Source: a virus (Duplodnaviria; Caudoviricetes). From it: a DNA stretch of 64,000 nucleotides. Below the pieces are notes generated by a model. It did no database searches. It saw only the letters and a list, made by a program, of their open reading frames with translations, and had not been told where the DNA came from. The translations under genes and the position numbers were made by a program. Every line of letters starts with the position of its first letter. Within the stretch, counting starts at the first letter, position 1. Where the stretch lies: IMG/VR virus record IMGVR_UViG_3300010885_054974, positions 1,827 to 65,826 of that record, one strand, 5' to 3'. Below, one piece after another: positions 38,883 to 49,432 of the stretch.

Positions 38883-41800
38883 TTAAATTCCGAGTTGTGC
38901 GCTAGAGCTGTTGGTTTGGTTCAAGTGGTTGGCTGTGATGGAAGTGATAACTTCTACATTATTAACTGTTGCGGCACTTGTGATAATTTCATTTGGATCA
39001 CAATTGACCTGATACATTGCACCAAAAGAAATGCGAGGATCAGCCGGAACGATAATAATACTGGCCACCAACGGAGTTAACTTTTGATGCAGATACGCAC
39101 TTAGTTCTGAGAAGTAGAAAGTTTCACCAAAGTCCCAATTGTTGATGTCAAAGTACGAATTGATGGCGGCAATCACAGCACTCTTGATTTCGCTTTCGCT
39201 TGTGACCAAGTTGGGGTTGGCCACCACTTTGAATTGTGCTCGTAAACTGGCATCAGCTTTGTCTCCAAACAACGGCTTGAAGGCAGCCGGATTGTACACA
39301 ATAGTATCGCTCAATGCCTTGTAGTTGCTCAATGTTCCGTAGGCATTAGACAGCTCTTCGTTGGTTGGTGCCGACGGTTCAGTCACTGCACCACTGGTAT
39401 CCTGCAACCAGGCTTGATAACTGGTTGAGTAGTCCTTGGTCAATAAAAACAAATCCATAAGATTGTTAGGGCTTGGGTCAACTCTGCGATTGTTGGGGCT
39501 CACATGCTGGTACTGGAAGCTGAGGCTTTGGCGGCCAGTGTATGCCACATAATTTGTCAACGCAGAACTTACCACTGTGGGGCCTGTGCTGAGTAGGCTG
39601 TAGAACTTGCTTTCGCCAGTGGCGTAGAATACTTGCCCAACAACATAACCTGCTGCCGCCAACTTGATGTCTCCCAGGGTAGCATAGTCTGCCACTATCA
39701 GTGTGGAGTCTACAGGATTTAAATTGACAAATGCATTGTTGTTTGAATCAACAACCTGTTTGAAAAATACCAATTTCTTATTGGGGTTCACTGCTGAATT
39801 GACCACGGTATCAAACAAGTCTGGATCATCGGGTACACCATCGTTGTTGGAATCTGGGAATGTGACCAGCACTCTGGTAGGATCTTTGTAACCATCAGCT
39901 GACACTATGTTGCTGTAGATTTGCCATTTGATATCTTGTCCCAATGGACTTAAACTGTCTGCTTGTTGGTTGACTTTCAACACAGTGATTTGGTCATGCA
40001 ATGTTTTTGCCAATTTACTGTCGTATACTTTTATTGCAGTATCGTAGTAGAAAGTTGTTTCCGCAACACTTTCAAACACATAGTTCAACCCACGGGTTGT
40101 AACTGTAAATTGATTGTTGTTGAATACCACTGAAATCAACCAGCTGGCATCTAGTCCAGTGCCCGACGCATCGCCAACATTGTTCAGACTAAATGTTCCG
40201 TAGTTGATGTTGGACGAAGTGATCTTGCGCCAGGTCTGTGTGGCCAGATCGTAGCGTAATGCAAAACTCTGATATGATCTAATTGCTATGGCCAATCTTG
40301 TGGCTGTTACTTCATCTTCTTTTAGTCCAGACTTGGTATCTAATGCAAAATCAGTCGACTGCATGGGTATGACCATGGATGCAATAGCACCTTCAGGAAT
40401 GTGTTGATTAATAGACATCTGTCTATTGGTTTCAGTTCCTGTGCCGCGCAATACACAAGCATAGATATAGTTCTTCTCGCCTTGGTATTGTGCTACACCA
40501 CTCTTGAGAGTGTTTTGTGCAGAAAAGAAATAGCCTGTGGGTGCTGTGAATTTGACCAGTGCACCTTCATTGACATAATTTCTATTTCCTGTGGTAATAC
40601 TAGCGCCTTTACCAAAACTCAACGCAGATCCTGATGCATTGATCAATTGTCCTGTCCCGGCATTGGCTATATTTGTGAGGCTGTGCCAGTACACTGGATT
40701 TGCCCCGGTGGTGTCGGTCAAAGCATATCGCGGAGTAGTGTTGTATCTGAAATGTGTAAGTTTCTGTAGACTCAACAGTGGTCTAATTCTATCATAGACA
40801 ATTTCATTGACATCGCCCACAGTTTCAAATGTAAAGTTAAACGAATCGATAGAATTGGCATCTCTGTACAAATACCCATCGTTACAGAAAATATTGGTAC
40901 TTGAGTATTTGCCTGTGACATCCAGCACATCCAAGAAACGACTAACACCTGAGCTGGTACGGTTCACTGCCTTGACTTTGACCACGGTGTCAAACAAACT
41001 GAATGGCAAGATATTGTAATCTTCGCCAGTGATCATGCGATTCTGGGTATAGTACTGTTGTGGTGCATTTGTTCTGATATTTGACAGTGACTCAGCTGAG
41101 CTACTGTTGCTGACAGTGTAGTGCAAACTTGCAGTCACAGTCATTGTTTCAACTCGTCCGGTTCTGCTCACATATGCTATGGGAATGGTGACACGATTTA
41201 ATTCATTTGGTGTGATTTTGTAATTCAGGCCATTGCTTTGTCTGTAATAAAAAGTAAAATTGCCTGTTGGGATATTGGCAAACACACCGTCACCAAATAC
41301 CAGGTCAACTTGATCGTTTGCACGAGTGTTGACTTGATACACAGATCTATTGGCAGTTTGATTGTATATCACATTTGTACCGGCCACTGCTGCCACCTGT
41401 GTCCAAGATTGATTCACTACGCCTTGGGCATTGACCCCGTACAGCCAAGTGTCAGTGTTGTTTATGTTGTTGAAATTTATAGCAACTGACCTGTTGGGGA
41501 TAGCATCGCTGAGACTAAAGTCAATTTTGTTCAAGGCACCTTGTTTAAAAAATACAAAGAAGCCAGTGTTGTTGCTGTTGTTGCCCAGGTTATCATTTCT
41601 GTACAAAATATTAAAAATGCTACGAGGAGTTGGGCCTGGTTCGTACACATAGCTTTTGTTGGATGTGCTGGCACTGACAGCTTCAAATGTGGTTGTGCGA
41701 TTCTCAACAGTTGAGCTAAAACTATAAACAGGAGTTTGTTTTGGTATAATACTGATACCGTAGGTGTCTGTTTGAATATTGTTGATCATGGCCGTACTGC

Positions 41801-42320
41801 CGGGCTTGCCCACGACCTGTGTGTTGACCAAGGTGGCATTTATAACCGCTGTCATTTGCTCGTACCAATTTTCGTTTGAACTGTCGTTCCAGTTGATGAT
41901 CAAATTGGTTAGGTCTGTTCCGTTGCTGTCAAACACCTGTTCGGTAGTGCTGACATTGTCGATCTTTAAGAATCCCTGTGCGGCCACATTGCGCTTGGGA
42001 CTGTAGCCCACCAAGCGGCTCAGTTTGAACACGCTGTCTTGACGCTGTGCTGTGTCAATGAAGTTTTCGCGGGCGTTCAAGTCTGCACGGAATGCTAGGC
42101 TTTGTCCCATGAAAGCAATCAGGTCAATCAGGGCAATATACTCACTTGAGTCTGTGAAATCGTTAAAATCTTCAGGATATGTGGTACGCAAGTAGTCAAT
42201 CATGGTCTTGCGTAGGGTTTCAAAATCGTAGCTGGTAAAGTCAGCTGATTGGAATGTCTGATAGATCTTTGTCCAATCCTGTTGGACCAAGAGATTAGTT
42301 TGACGAGTGGTTAAAGCCAT
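38883..42320 (-). CDS. Baseplate wedge subunit, T4 gp6-like
   Basis: DFETLR..MIDYLR..YPE.FND, ENFIDTA, FGDG.F..IP and ES...IR..AP..Y.TQNRMIT.EDY. Confidence 0.85.
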   Translation of the reverse strand: MALTTRQTNLLVQQDWTKIYQTFQSADFTSYDFETLRKTMIDYLRTTYPEDFNDFTDSSEYIALIDLIAFMGQSLAFRADLNARENFIDTAQRQDSVFKLSRLVGYSPKRNVAAQGFLKIDNVSTTEQVFDSNGTDLTNLIINWNDSSNENWYEQMTAVINATLVNTQVVGKPGSTAMINNIQTDTYGISIIPKQTPVYSFSSTVENRTTTFEAVSASTSNKSYVYEPGPTPRSIFNILYRNDNLGNNSNNTGFFVFFKQGALNKIDFSLSDAIPNRSVAINFNNINNTDTWLYGVNAQGVVNQSWTQVAAVAGTNVIYNQTANRSVYQVNTRANDQVDLVFGDGVFANIPTGNFTFYYRQSNGLNYKITPNELNRVTIPIAYVSRTGRVETMTVTASLHYTVSNSSSAESLSNIRTNAPQQYYTQNRMITGEDYNILPFSLFDTVVKVKAVNRTSSGVSRFLDVLDVTGKYSSTNIFCNDGYLYRDANSIDSFNFTFETVGDVNEIVYDRIRPLLSLQKLTHFRYNTTPRYALTDTTGANPVYWHSLTNIANAGTGQLINASGSALSFGKGASITTGNRNYVNEGALVKFTAPTGYFFSAQNTLKSGVAQYQGEKNYIYACVLRGTGTETNRQMSINQHIPEGAIASMVIPMQSTDFALDTKSGLKEDEVTATRLAIAIRSYQSFALRYDLATQTWRKITSSNINYGTFSLNNVGDASGTGLDASWLISVVFNNNQFTVTTRGLNYVFESVAETTFYYDTAIKVYDSKLAKTLHDQITVLKVNQQADSLSPLGQDIKWQIYSNIVSADGYKDPTRVLVTFPDSNNDGVPDDPDLFDTVVNSAVNPNKKLVFFKQVVDSNNNAFVNLNPVDSTLIVADYATLGDIKLAAAGYVVGQVFYATGESKFYSLLSTGPTVVSSALTNYVAYTGRQSLSFQYQHVSPNNRRVDPSPNNLMDLFLLTKDYSTSYQAWLQDTSGAVTEPSAPTNEELSNAYGTLSNYKALSDTIVYNPAAFKPLFGDKADASLRAQFKVVANPNLVTSESEIKSAVIAAINSYFDINNWDFGETFYFSELSAYLHQKLTPLVASIIIVPADPRISFGAMYQVNCDPNEIITSAATVNNVEVITSITANHLNQTNSSSAQLGI

Positions 42321-42338
42321 AGATATACCTTGTTTTAA

Positions 42339-42344
42339 TATTTA
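42339..42344 (-). promoter_or_regulatory. Late promoter motif TAAATA
   Basis: Intergenic, upstream of the gp6-like ATG at 42320. Confidence 0.6.
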
Positions 42345-42366
42345 TGCAATATAAAAACGGCTTATA

Positions 42367-42741
42367 TTAAGCGTAGGTAATTTTTTGAGTTTGCTTGTTG
42401 AAATTCATCAACAGAGCATCACTTTGATTGTTGTTGACATAGGTCAAGTCAATTATGATCTGCAAGCCGTGTTCTAGCTCGTTTACAGTGACATCGTTCA
42501 CATTTACTCTAGGATCATAGTTGATAATATCTGTGATATCTGTGACTATGGCAGTTTTAAGGTCATTGGTCATGGGTTCAAACAACATTCCCCAAATAAT
42601 AGTTCCAAAATTTGGGTTCATGAGTTTTTCACCCTTGCGGATATTAAAATGATTGATCAAGTCCTGTTTGATCAGTGCCGCATCCGTGGCTCTGAACTTT
42701 TTGGTTTGACCTTGTGTGCTGAATCCTCTATATATTGCCAT
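42367..42741 (-). CDS. Baseplate wedge subunit, gp25/GPW family
   Basis: IRKGEKLMNPNFGT.IW..LFEP and YDPRV. Confidence 0.88.
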   Translation of the reverse strand: MAIYRGFSTQGQTKKFRATDAALIKQDLINHFNIRKGEKLMNPNFGTIIWGMLFEPMTNDLKTAIVTDITDIINYDPRVNVNDVTVNELEHGLQIIIDLTYVNNNQSDALLMNFNKQTQKITYA

Positions 42742-42745
42742 ACTG

Positions 42746-42751
42746 TATTTA
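42746..42751 (-). promoter_or_regulatory. Late promoter motif TAAATA overlapping the gp5 stop codon
   Basis: 4 nt upstream of the ATG at 42741. Confidence 0.55.
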
Positions 42752-45700
42752 CCCTACAAACTGGATGTGTACCGGGTCGTTGACCGGGAATGGGTACCCA
42801 AAATTATACTTTTCCAGCAGACCCAATTGATTCAGTTTGCCAATGTCTGCTTTGGCCACATCAAATGCAATCTTGCGTGGGTGTGGGCTAGTGGGGCTGG
42901 GTTTGCTGGGCATGTAATATCCGCCTGCACTTGGATTTTCTTTTGTTCCACCGGCTGCAACCCAAGCATTGTATATGGCTGTTTGTTCTTCCAATGATCT
43001 GTACGAGCTGTTTATTGTAAGTTTCTTGCTGGTTTGATCAAAGTAATCTTTGGCCATCAGTTCCATTGCGGTTCTAACATCAGCTGGCATTTGTTTGTAA
43101 TGTGCAAAATCGCCCGAGCCTGTGGTGAATGTTATTACTGTGGTTGGATCTATGCCCGATTCAGTTCCATAGTCAGTTCCGGGACCTGCTGAACCAACCG
43201 GTGCAGTGGAAGTGGCTGAGGGTGCTTGGCTCAATATGTCAATGGCATATCGTCCTTGATTGTAGTTGTTAATTGGGTCAGCGCCTGCATTGTCTTTGCC
43301 AGTGTTTTGTTTACGCCATTGTGCGGCCGCCAATACCATTGCATTAACATCACTGCCAAATACCTGTGTCTGTTCTCTAAAGAAGTATGCCACATATATC
43401 ATGCCTGCGGCCACGCAAATACTGTCCCCAAAGTCAATTCCACGGGGACTACTTGTTGTTAATTTTTTATACGCATCTTGTATGAAGTTGAACATACAAT
43501 CATCTTGAGCTGTTGAGTTTCCTAGAAAACTGTCAATTGCGGCAATGCCGCCTTTGCCTGTCAAGCTGTTTGGTTGATTCACTGCGTCTTGTCCGTATTT
43601 TTTCAAATAGTCGGGTTTTATGTATCCGTACTCTGAAAGCAACACAGCGTTTATACCATAACGACCAATTCTGAACTTGGTTTTAAATGCCGGATTGCTG
43701 TCACTTTCTGCAAATGCTATCTGTACTGCCAGGGCTTTGACCTGTGAAGTAGTCAGTCCAGGGATGGCATTGGCATCTCCGGGAGTACCGCGTCCTTCCA
43801 ACGAAAAGTCTGGATTTGGGGCATCTGCCTTTTTCATAAACTCCGGGGGTGCTTGTTTTACCACGGGTTGTCCTGCGGCAGCTTTGATTCCTAGGTCATC
43901 ATTGGCTGCGCCTGTTTTGATGGCATTGCCTGATCCATCTGTTATTGCGCCACCCGATCCCGACTTGACTGTATTTTGATCTTGGTGTAACCAAGCCCAT
44001 TGTTCTTTTAATTTTGCTTTGCACTCGGCTGCGGTACCATGAGCAGAGTTTGTGCCTTGTCCGTCGTATGCGCCACGACCTGTTCGTGGGTCTTGTATCG
44101 AAGCCCACTGCGAGGCCACTGCAATACCTGCTTGCAACAACGCGGCTTCGTCATTTTGATTACTGCCGCGAAGATAGCTGGCCATTCCTGCTCTGCACAG
44201 CACTTTGACAAACAGCATGTCTTGGAAGTCAGCAGTAAATTTCTGTGTGGTGGGTACATTTAATTTTTTTACTGCTTCACTAAGAGTAGAAGGAATACAT
44301 TGATATCTACCAACAGCAAATAATCGTTTGTAAGGATCCGGTTCGTTATCTTTGCTCTTGGACAAAATTTCTGCAATGGTCATGTCAACCAGGTTGATTG
44401 ATTCTCCACCAATTGTTCCTGTTCCCTTGGGCGGGCTAGAACCTCGATTAAACGCATTATAACTGCCGGGAGTAGATTCATACTTGGCTATCCAGTCTCC
44501 AAATGGCCCAGCACCACCTGTGCTACCCGAAGGTAAAACAGGGGTTGGTGCCAAGTCAGTACAGACCGGCGATGTTGCACTGCCATATGCATCACTGGCT
44601 GCAACAGCAGTTGTGTTTCTTGACCATGGTTCATGAGCAGGAGCAACAGTCACAATTGACTGCAATGATCCAGGCACAGCACTCCATAGTCTTGTGGTGG
44701 CATCTCTATTGGTATCTGTCAAGGCATTGTTTTGTATTTCACCAGGATCTCTAACAGTGCCAACTCCGCCTTCATTGAGTCTGATCTTGGTGCCAACCAA
44801 TTTTAGTTCTGCGGCAGTTGATGCTATGCCCAATTCTCCGCCGGCATTCACTGTCAATGCACCTGCTGACGCAAGTCCCATTGTGGCACTGTACAAGGTC
44901 ATACCAGTGCTGGCTCTGGCTGTCAACGAACTGCTTTGCATTTGCAAACTGCCAAGAGCCTTGATGTTTACACTGGCACCTTGAATGTTTACGCTGGCAT
45001 CACTGTGCAGGTCCAGTGTGCCTTGTGTTCTAATTGCCAGCCCATTCAGACTGTACATGTTTATTCTGCCAGAATTTCCAAATTCAAGCCAGGAGGTTCC
45101 TGCACTGTTGGCAATGTACAACACTTGCTCGGCATCATTCATCAAGATTTGATGTCCGCCTGCGGTACGCAATCTAATTAACTGATCAGTGCCAGCGTCG
45201 TCACCATCATCCATCACAAAGGTATGTCCACCCAATCTAACCTTGGGTTGTACTCCACCGTCGTTGGCCCGACCTGGTGTGCTGATTCCAAACACTTTGC
45301 TTGGAGCATCTCGCATACTGCTACTGCTGATAGCGCCACGAGTTCTATCTGTGTCTAGGCCTTGGTTGATAATAATTTCAGCCTGTGGCTCATGCACTGG
45401 TAATTTGTTTGTTAGAAATCCGCCAGTCATGTTGGCTGAATCATTTTCATTGAATTCGGCTTGAGGCAAATAAACTGGCTCAGGCCTGTTCAGACTGTTT
45501 TTTACCAAATCACTCTTGACCGTATCTTTATCTATGCCTTCGCTGTATCTGCCAACAGCAGGCACAGAGCCATGACTTAAATTTGTTGTGGTAGTACAAG
45601 CAAACCAATAGCCACGATCAGGATCGCCGTTGATAAATGCACACAGTACTTCGTTGCCGATGTCTGGTGGTACCATCCACATGCCATACACACTTTCTGT

Positions 45701-45961
45701 TTGATCATAGCTGTTGGTTTTGGTGTGTTCGTTTTGTGTGGTACTGCCGTAGAACGGGCTGGCATATCTTACCCAGCGCCACCCATTGGCATCATCTTCG
45801 TTTCCACCATAGTCTGGAATCCACACACGAAGTCTGCCCAGTCGCAACGGGTCTACATTTAGTTTGACTATGCCAGCATAGATACCTTTGTCAAACTTCA
45901 TCCCACCGACGGTGTCTTGGTCTGCCCAGTCTGGTAGTTTGCGTCCTAATCTTAAATCCAT
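42749..45961 (-). CDS. Baseplate hub/spike protein, gp5-like, with lysozyme-like domains and a C-terminal M15 peptidase
   Basis: OB-fold DPLRLGRLRVWIP and PPDIGNEV; beta-helix-like repeats; YES..SYNAFN..AVGRYQ; SSYRS..EQ..SPH...AFD..DPVH. Confidence 0.8.
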   Translation of the reverse strand: MDLRLGRKLPDWADQDTVGGMKFDKGIYAGIVKLNVDPLRLGRLRVWIPDYGGNEDDANGWRWVRYASPFYGSTTQNEHTKTNSYDQTESVYGMWMVPPDIGNEVLCAFINGDPDRGYWFACTTTTNLSHGSVPAVGRYSEGIDKDTVKSDLVKNSLNRPEPVYLPQAEFNENDSANMTGGFLTNKLPVHEPQAEIIINQGLDTDRTRGAISSSSMRDAPSKVFGISTPGRANDGGVQPKVRLGGHTFVMDDGDDAGTDQLIRLRTAGGHQILMNDAEQVLYIANSAGTSWLEFGNSGRINMYSLNGLAIRTQGTLDLHSDASVNIQGASVNIKALGSLQMQSSSLTARASTGMTLYSATMGLASAGALTVNAGGELGIASTAAELKLVGTKIRLNEGGVGTVRDPGEIQNNALTDTNRDATTRLWSAVPGSLQSIVTVAPAHEPWSRNTTAVAASDAYGSATSPVCTDLAPTPVLPSGSTGGAGPFGDWIAKYESTPGSYNAFNRGSSPPKGTGTIGGESINLVDMTIAEILSKSKDNEPDPYKRLFAVGRYQCIPSTLSEAVKKLNVPTTQKFTADFQDMLFVKVLCRAGMASYLRGSNQNDEAALLQAGIAVASQWASIQDPRTGRGAYDGQGTNSAHGTAAECKAKLKEQWAWLHQDQNTVKSGSGGAITDGSGNAIKTGAANDDLGIKAAAGQPVVKQAPPEFMKKADAPNPDFSLEGRGTPGDANAIPGLTTSQVKALAVQIAFAESDSNPAFKTKFRIGRYGINAVLLSEYGYIKPDYLKKYGQDAVNQPNSLTGKGGIAAIDSFLGNSTAQDDCMFNFIQDAYKKLTTSSPRGIDFGDSICVAAGMIYVAYFFREQTQVFGSDVNAMVLAAAQWRKQNTGKDNAGADPINNYNQGRYAIDILSQAPSATSTAPVGSAGPGTDYGTESGIDPTTVITFTTGSGDFAHYKQMPADVRTAMELMAKDYFDQTSKKLTINSSYRSLEEQTAIYNAWVAAGGTKENPSAGGYYMPSKPSPTSPHPRKIAFDVAKADIGKLNQLGLLEKYNFGYPFPVNDPVHIQFVG

Positions 45962-45970
45962 GTGTTATCC

Positions 45971-48900
45971 TTATGCGTAGTTTGAATAGTCAACAACTGG
46001 TGTTTCGGGGTTGGTTGATTGTGCGGCATAATAGTCATCAATATTTACTTCCGGTGCGGACTCATTTATGGCTGCCAGTTGCAAGTCGTCATCACTCAAT
46101 GGAGGTGATTCTGTCAGTGTTGACTCGTCTGGGGTTGCACCTACTTCGTCAACTCCATACCCTTCTGTTGTGGTTGGGTCGGCAGCAGGTGGCGATGCCA
46201 TTTCAATGCCTTGGAAGTCGTTTGCGGTGTCTTGATCACTGGCTATCGATCTTGTGCCACTGGCAGTTGTATCTGTGGTGCCTGCGCCCAGTGCATTACT
46301 ATCCGTGGTCACTTTGCCTTTTTTGTCATCTACACTGCCTGAATTGATTGAATCAGGTACACGAACCATGTCTATTGTTTGCTCAAACTTGCCGTTTTGA
46401 AATGTATTTTCCACTGTTAACATTCTGTACAGTCCTGTGAACACAGCATTTTCTGCGTACTTGTCTTTTCTGGGTACACCTGTGGTTTCGTCCATGTCCA
46501 CAATGGTTTTAAATTCGACTTGAGCCAATATTTCTCCCGAGTCCATCACAACACTACCGTTGTCCATGACTCCTGTTGATCTTGATTGGTCAGCATATCC
46601 GCCTTGTGCAGGGTTGGTGTAAATGTCATCTTGTTTGATCAGCTCAGGATCACCTATGATTTTTAACTTCAAGTTCAGCATGTCACCGCGACTGTTACTG
46701 TACTGACTTTTTTGTATGTCCGCTGCCAGCACAGGCTTGACACCGTTCTGCGTTCCACCTGCACCAGCTGACTGTGGTAAAGTTGATACTATACGCATTT
46801 GTCTGTTGACCAATTCGGCTGCTGCCGGTTGGCTTTCAGAAGCTACCTTACTGGCGTCATCTTTTTGTTGTTCTGCTTTGGCTATTTGAGCTGTTTCCCA
46901 TTTGGCAGATCCTGCGGTTATTGCTGTGTAAAACAGTGTGTCAAAGTCAATTTGAAAATCCAGAATATCTGTATTTTTTCCTGTGTAAGAATAATTGTAT
47001 TTTTTGATACTGCCTTGTGGTGCAACGCTGGGGCCATTGGGGTGTTTGCTGTCATACACACGATACGGTAAAATATGATAAGTTGTTATAGTACTGAACT
47101 TGTTCATGGCATAATCGTACGGACCCACTTCCACACTGGGAACAACTTTGTACCACCAAAGTGGTTTGCCTTCTTTTTCAGCCAGTTCTTGTGGTTTTGT
47201 GTTTTGCGGATCTTTGACTTGACTGGTGATGTACTCGCTGTTTCGCATGACCATGTCAATGACTTGCAGTATTGAAGTTCCTGCACTCACTGCAAAGGCA
47301 CTGGCATCTGTGAACACACGATTGGCGTTCTTGGCTGCGGCGGCTGCGGCATCCACTGGCTTGTCTTCTTTGCTGGCACTGCGAGTTAAATCTTTGTTGT
47401 TTGGTATTGTGATTTTATTGGCAGTGGAACCAATGTCCATTGGGCAATCTGGCGGTTTGGCTCCAAACTCAATTCGTATCTGATCTTTGGTTCCCCGTTG
47501 TTTTCTCAACACCAAGTCTGTGAACCAAGCATTGACACCGCCACAGTAACTACTGACAGCAAATGCTCGGTTGACAATGCCTCTGTTGTTGTCAATTTCT
47601 TCTTGGTCAGCCGGCTTTCGCGCCGCGGCTGACACTTTGTAGCCAGATGCTTCCCGAGGACTAACTCCTTCTGCTATTGAGGCTTCTTCCGCCGCTTTTT
47701 GACGGGCTGCCACTTCTTTAGCTTCTGCGGCTTTGAGTTCAGATTGTTTACGCATGGCCTCTGAGTTTGCAGTTTGTTTTGCATTGTTGGTGGCTGTTAC
47801 TGCCACCTGATCAGCGGCATTGTTATAGAAGAATTCAGCCACAGTACTGGCTTTGACTTCCAAGTTGATGGGTGTGCTGGCAGCACTTTGACTCAGGGCT
47901 TGGTGCGCCCATGGAATTGCTTTTACTGTGTACTCTGCGCCTTTGGTACCCGATTTAATTTTTATTTCAATTATTTGTATGGGCATACGCTTGCGCTGAT
48001 CTTCGATCTTAATGGTTTTGCCTGTGTCATCATACCCATAGAAATCCACTTCTAGTAGATATGGCATGGCTTTAAAGTTTGGTGCTTCAATGTCATTGGC
48101 CACTGCAATAATACGGTCCAGTAGACTCATTCCGTAAGGTTCAAGAATACTAAATGACAGTTCCACCGCATTGCTGGATTTGCTTCTGTTGTTTAATCCA
48201 ATCACAGTGGTCATTTTTAAACTGTCAAAGTAAAAGTCGTCTGTGAAGTTTTCGTTTCGTTGATACGGTCCAGTATTTTTTCCGCCGCTGGCGATCAAAC
48301 ATGTCTTCTTGCTTCCTGTGCCCGGTTTCCATTCTTCGGGATTGGTGGTCAACAGATTAATATCATCCTTGGTCAAAATATACAACGCTATGCTGTAAGT
48401 GTAGGTGGCATATTTGTGTAAGGGGTTGTCTCTTGGAACATAAGTGGGAACAGCTCCTCTTTCTCGTTTGGCTGTGATGGTAATTTCACCAACATCATTG
48501 ACTGCTGTAACACCAGGTGGGTGATTTATTGCATCAATCCTACTAGAAGCTTTGGCCAATATTCGTTGTTGTTCGCGCTCATTTTCGTCATTGTCTTCAC
48601 CTTCTTGGTTTAACAATTTGGGTTCGTTTTCGTCACCGTCTTCTTCGGTGTTGTTTAAGTTTGTTTTTTCGTCATCGTCTAGATCTTCACCTTCTTTATC
48701 GTCTACCGCATCCTCGGCTGTGTCGGCTGCTTGTGCTTGTGCCGCAGGGGACAGTTGTTCAAAGATAGGTGCTTTTGTGTTTTGTTCCAGCGTGTCTGTG
48801 GCATTGTTTAGTCGATCCAACAGAGTGTCTGCTCGTTCAACATTGGCGGCATGTACTCCGGCGGCTCGATCATAATTTGCTGTGGCAGATGCATACAGCG

Positions 48901-49126
48901 CATTGGCCGAGGCAATGGCTTCAGCGTTGCCAGACTGAGTGGCCATTGTAACACCAGCTTTGGCTGAAATTAGTTCTTGTCTGGCAACTCGTCTATCAGC
49001 AAAAGACGCATTTCTTTCTGCATCGGCCGCATTGAGTTGTTCTTGCAGTGCGGCTAACTGTTGGCGCTCTTGGGCCAGCGAAGCATCTTTTTCTTCTTGG
49101 GTGGTATAGTTGACATGGATGGTCAT
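45971..49126 (-). CDS. Tail/baseplate hub protein (gp27-like position) with coiled-coil and acidic N-terminus
   Basis: 1051 aa between the gp53-like and gp5-like genes; LKIIGDP and GLY....VEN.F..GKF.Q.I.M.R. Confidence 0.55.
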   Translation of the reverse strand: MTIHVNYTTQEEKDASLAQERQQLAALQEQLNAADAERNASFADRRVARQELISAKAGVTMATQSGNAEAIASANALYASATANYDRAAGVHAANVERADTLLDRLNNATDTLEQNTKAPIFEQLSPAAQAQAADTAEDAVDDKEGEDLDDDEKTNLNNTEEDGDENEPKLLNQEGEDNDENEREQQRILAKASSRIDAINHPPGVTAVNDVGEITITAKRERGAVPTYVPRDNPLHKYATYTYSIALYILTKDDINLLTTNPEEWKPGTGSKKTCLIASGGKNTGPYQRNENFTDDFYFDSLKMTTVIGLNNRSKSSNAVELSFSILEPYGMSLLDRIIAVANDIEAPNFKAMPYLLEVDFYGYDDTGKTIKIEDQRKRMPIQIIEIKIKSGTKGAEYTVKAIPWAHQALSQSAASTPINLEVKASTVAEFFYNNAADQVAVTATNNAKQTANSEAMRKQSELKAAEAKEVAARQKAAEEASIAEGVSPREASGYKVSAAARKPADQEEIDNNRGIVNRAFAVSSYCGGVNAWFTDLVLRKQRGTKDQIRIEFGAKPPDCPMDIGSTANKITIPNNKDLTRSASKEDKPVDAAAAAAKNANRVFTDASAFAVSAGTSILQVIDMVMRNSEYITSQVKDPQNTKPQELAEKEGKPLWWYKVVPSVEVGPYDYAMNKFSTITTYHILPYRVYDSKHPNGPSVAPQGSIKKYNYSYTGKNTDILDFQIDFDTLFYTAITAGSAKWETAQIAKAEQQKDDASKVASESQPAAAELVNRQMRIVSTLPQSAGAGGTQNGVKPVLAADIQKSQYSNSRGDMLNLKLKIIGDPELIKQDDIYTNPAQGGYADQSRSTGVMDNGSVVMDSGEILAQVEFKTIVDMDETTGVPRKDKYAENAVFTGLYRMLTVENTFQNGKFEQTIDMVRVPDSINSGSVDDKKGKVTTDSNALGAGTTDTTASGTRSIASDQDTANDFQGIEMASPPAADPTTTEGYGVDEVGATPDESTLTESPPLSDDDLQLAAINESAPEVNIDDYYAAQSTNPETPVVDYSNYA

Positions 49127-49129
49127 AGG

Positions 49130-49432
49130 TTATAACCCCAAATCAAGCATCAACTGGTCCTTGGCAGGAATGTAAATTTTTTTACCCGACTTGAAATCAA
49201 ATATAGGGTCTTGAATTATGTCTGGATTTCTTTGTGTGAATACCCACCACAGTGCTGGATTGCCATACAAGTCAAATGCCAACAGGTCGGGTCGATGTTC
49301 GTATACTTTGTCTATCTTGTACAGCACATCAGCGGCTCGGCTGGTGATGGGTCTATCAATCATGACATCTAAGAATTGGCCAAAGCGATCGCTACTGTAG
49401 TAAGGGCTGGCCTTGTTGTATTTTGCAGCCAT
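49130..49432 (-). CDS. Baseplate wedge protein, gp53/LysM-like
   Basis: RPDLLAFDLYG..ALWWVF..RN......I.IP. Confidence 0.8.
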   Translation of the reverse strand: MAAKYNKASPYYSSDRFGQFLDVMIDRPITSRAADVLYKIDKVYEHRPDLLAFDLYGNPALWWVFTQRNPDIIQDPIFDFKSGKKIYIPAKDQLMLDLGL

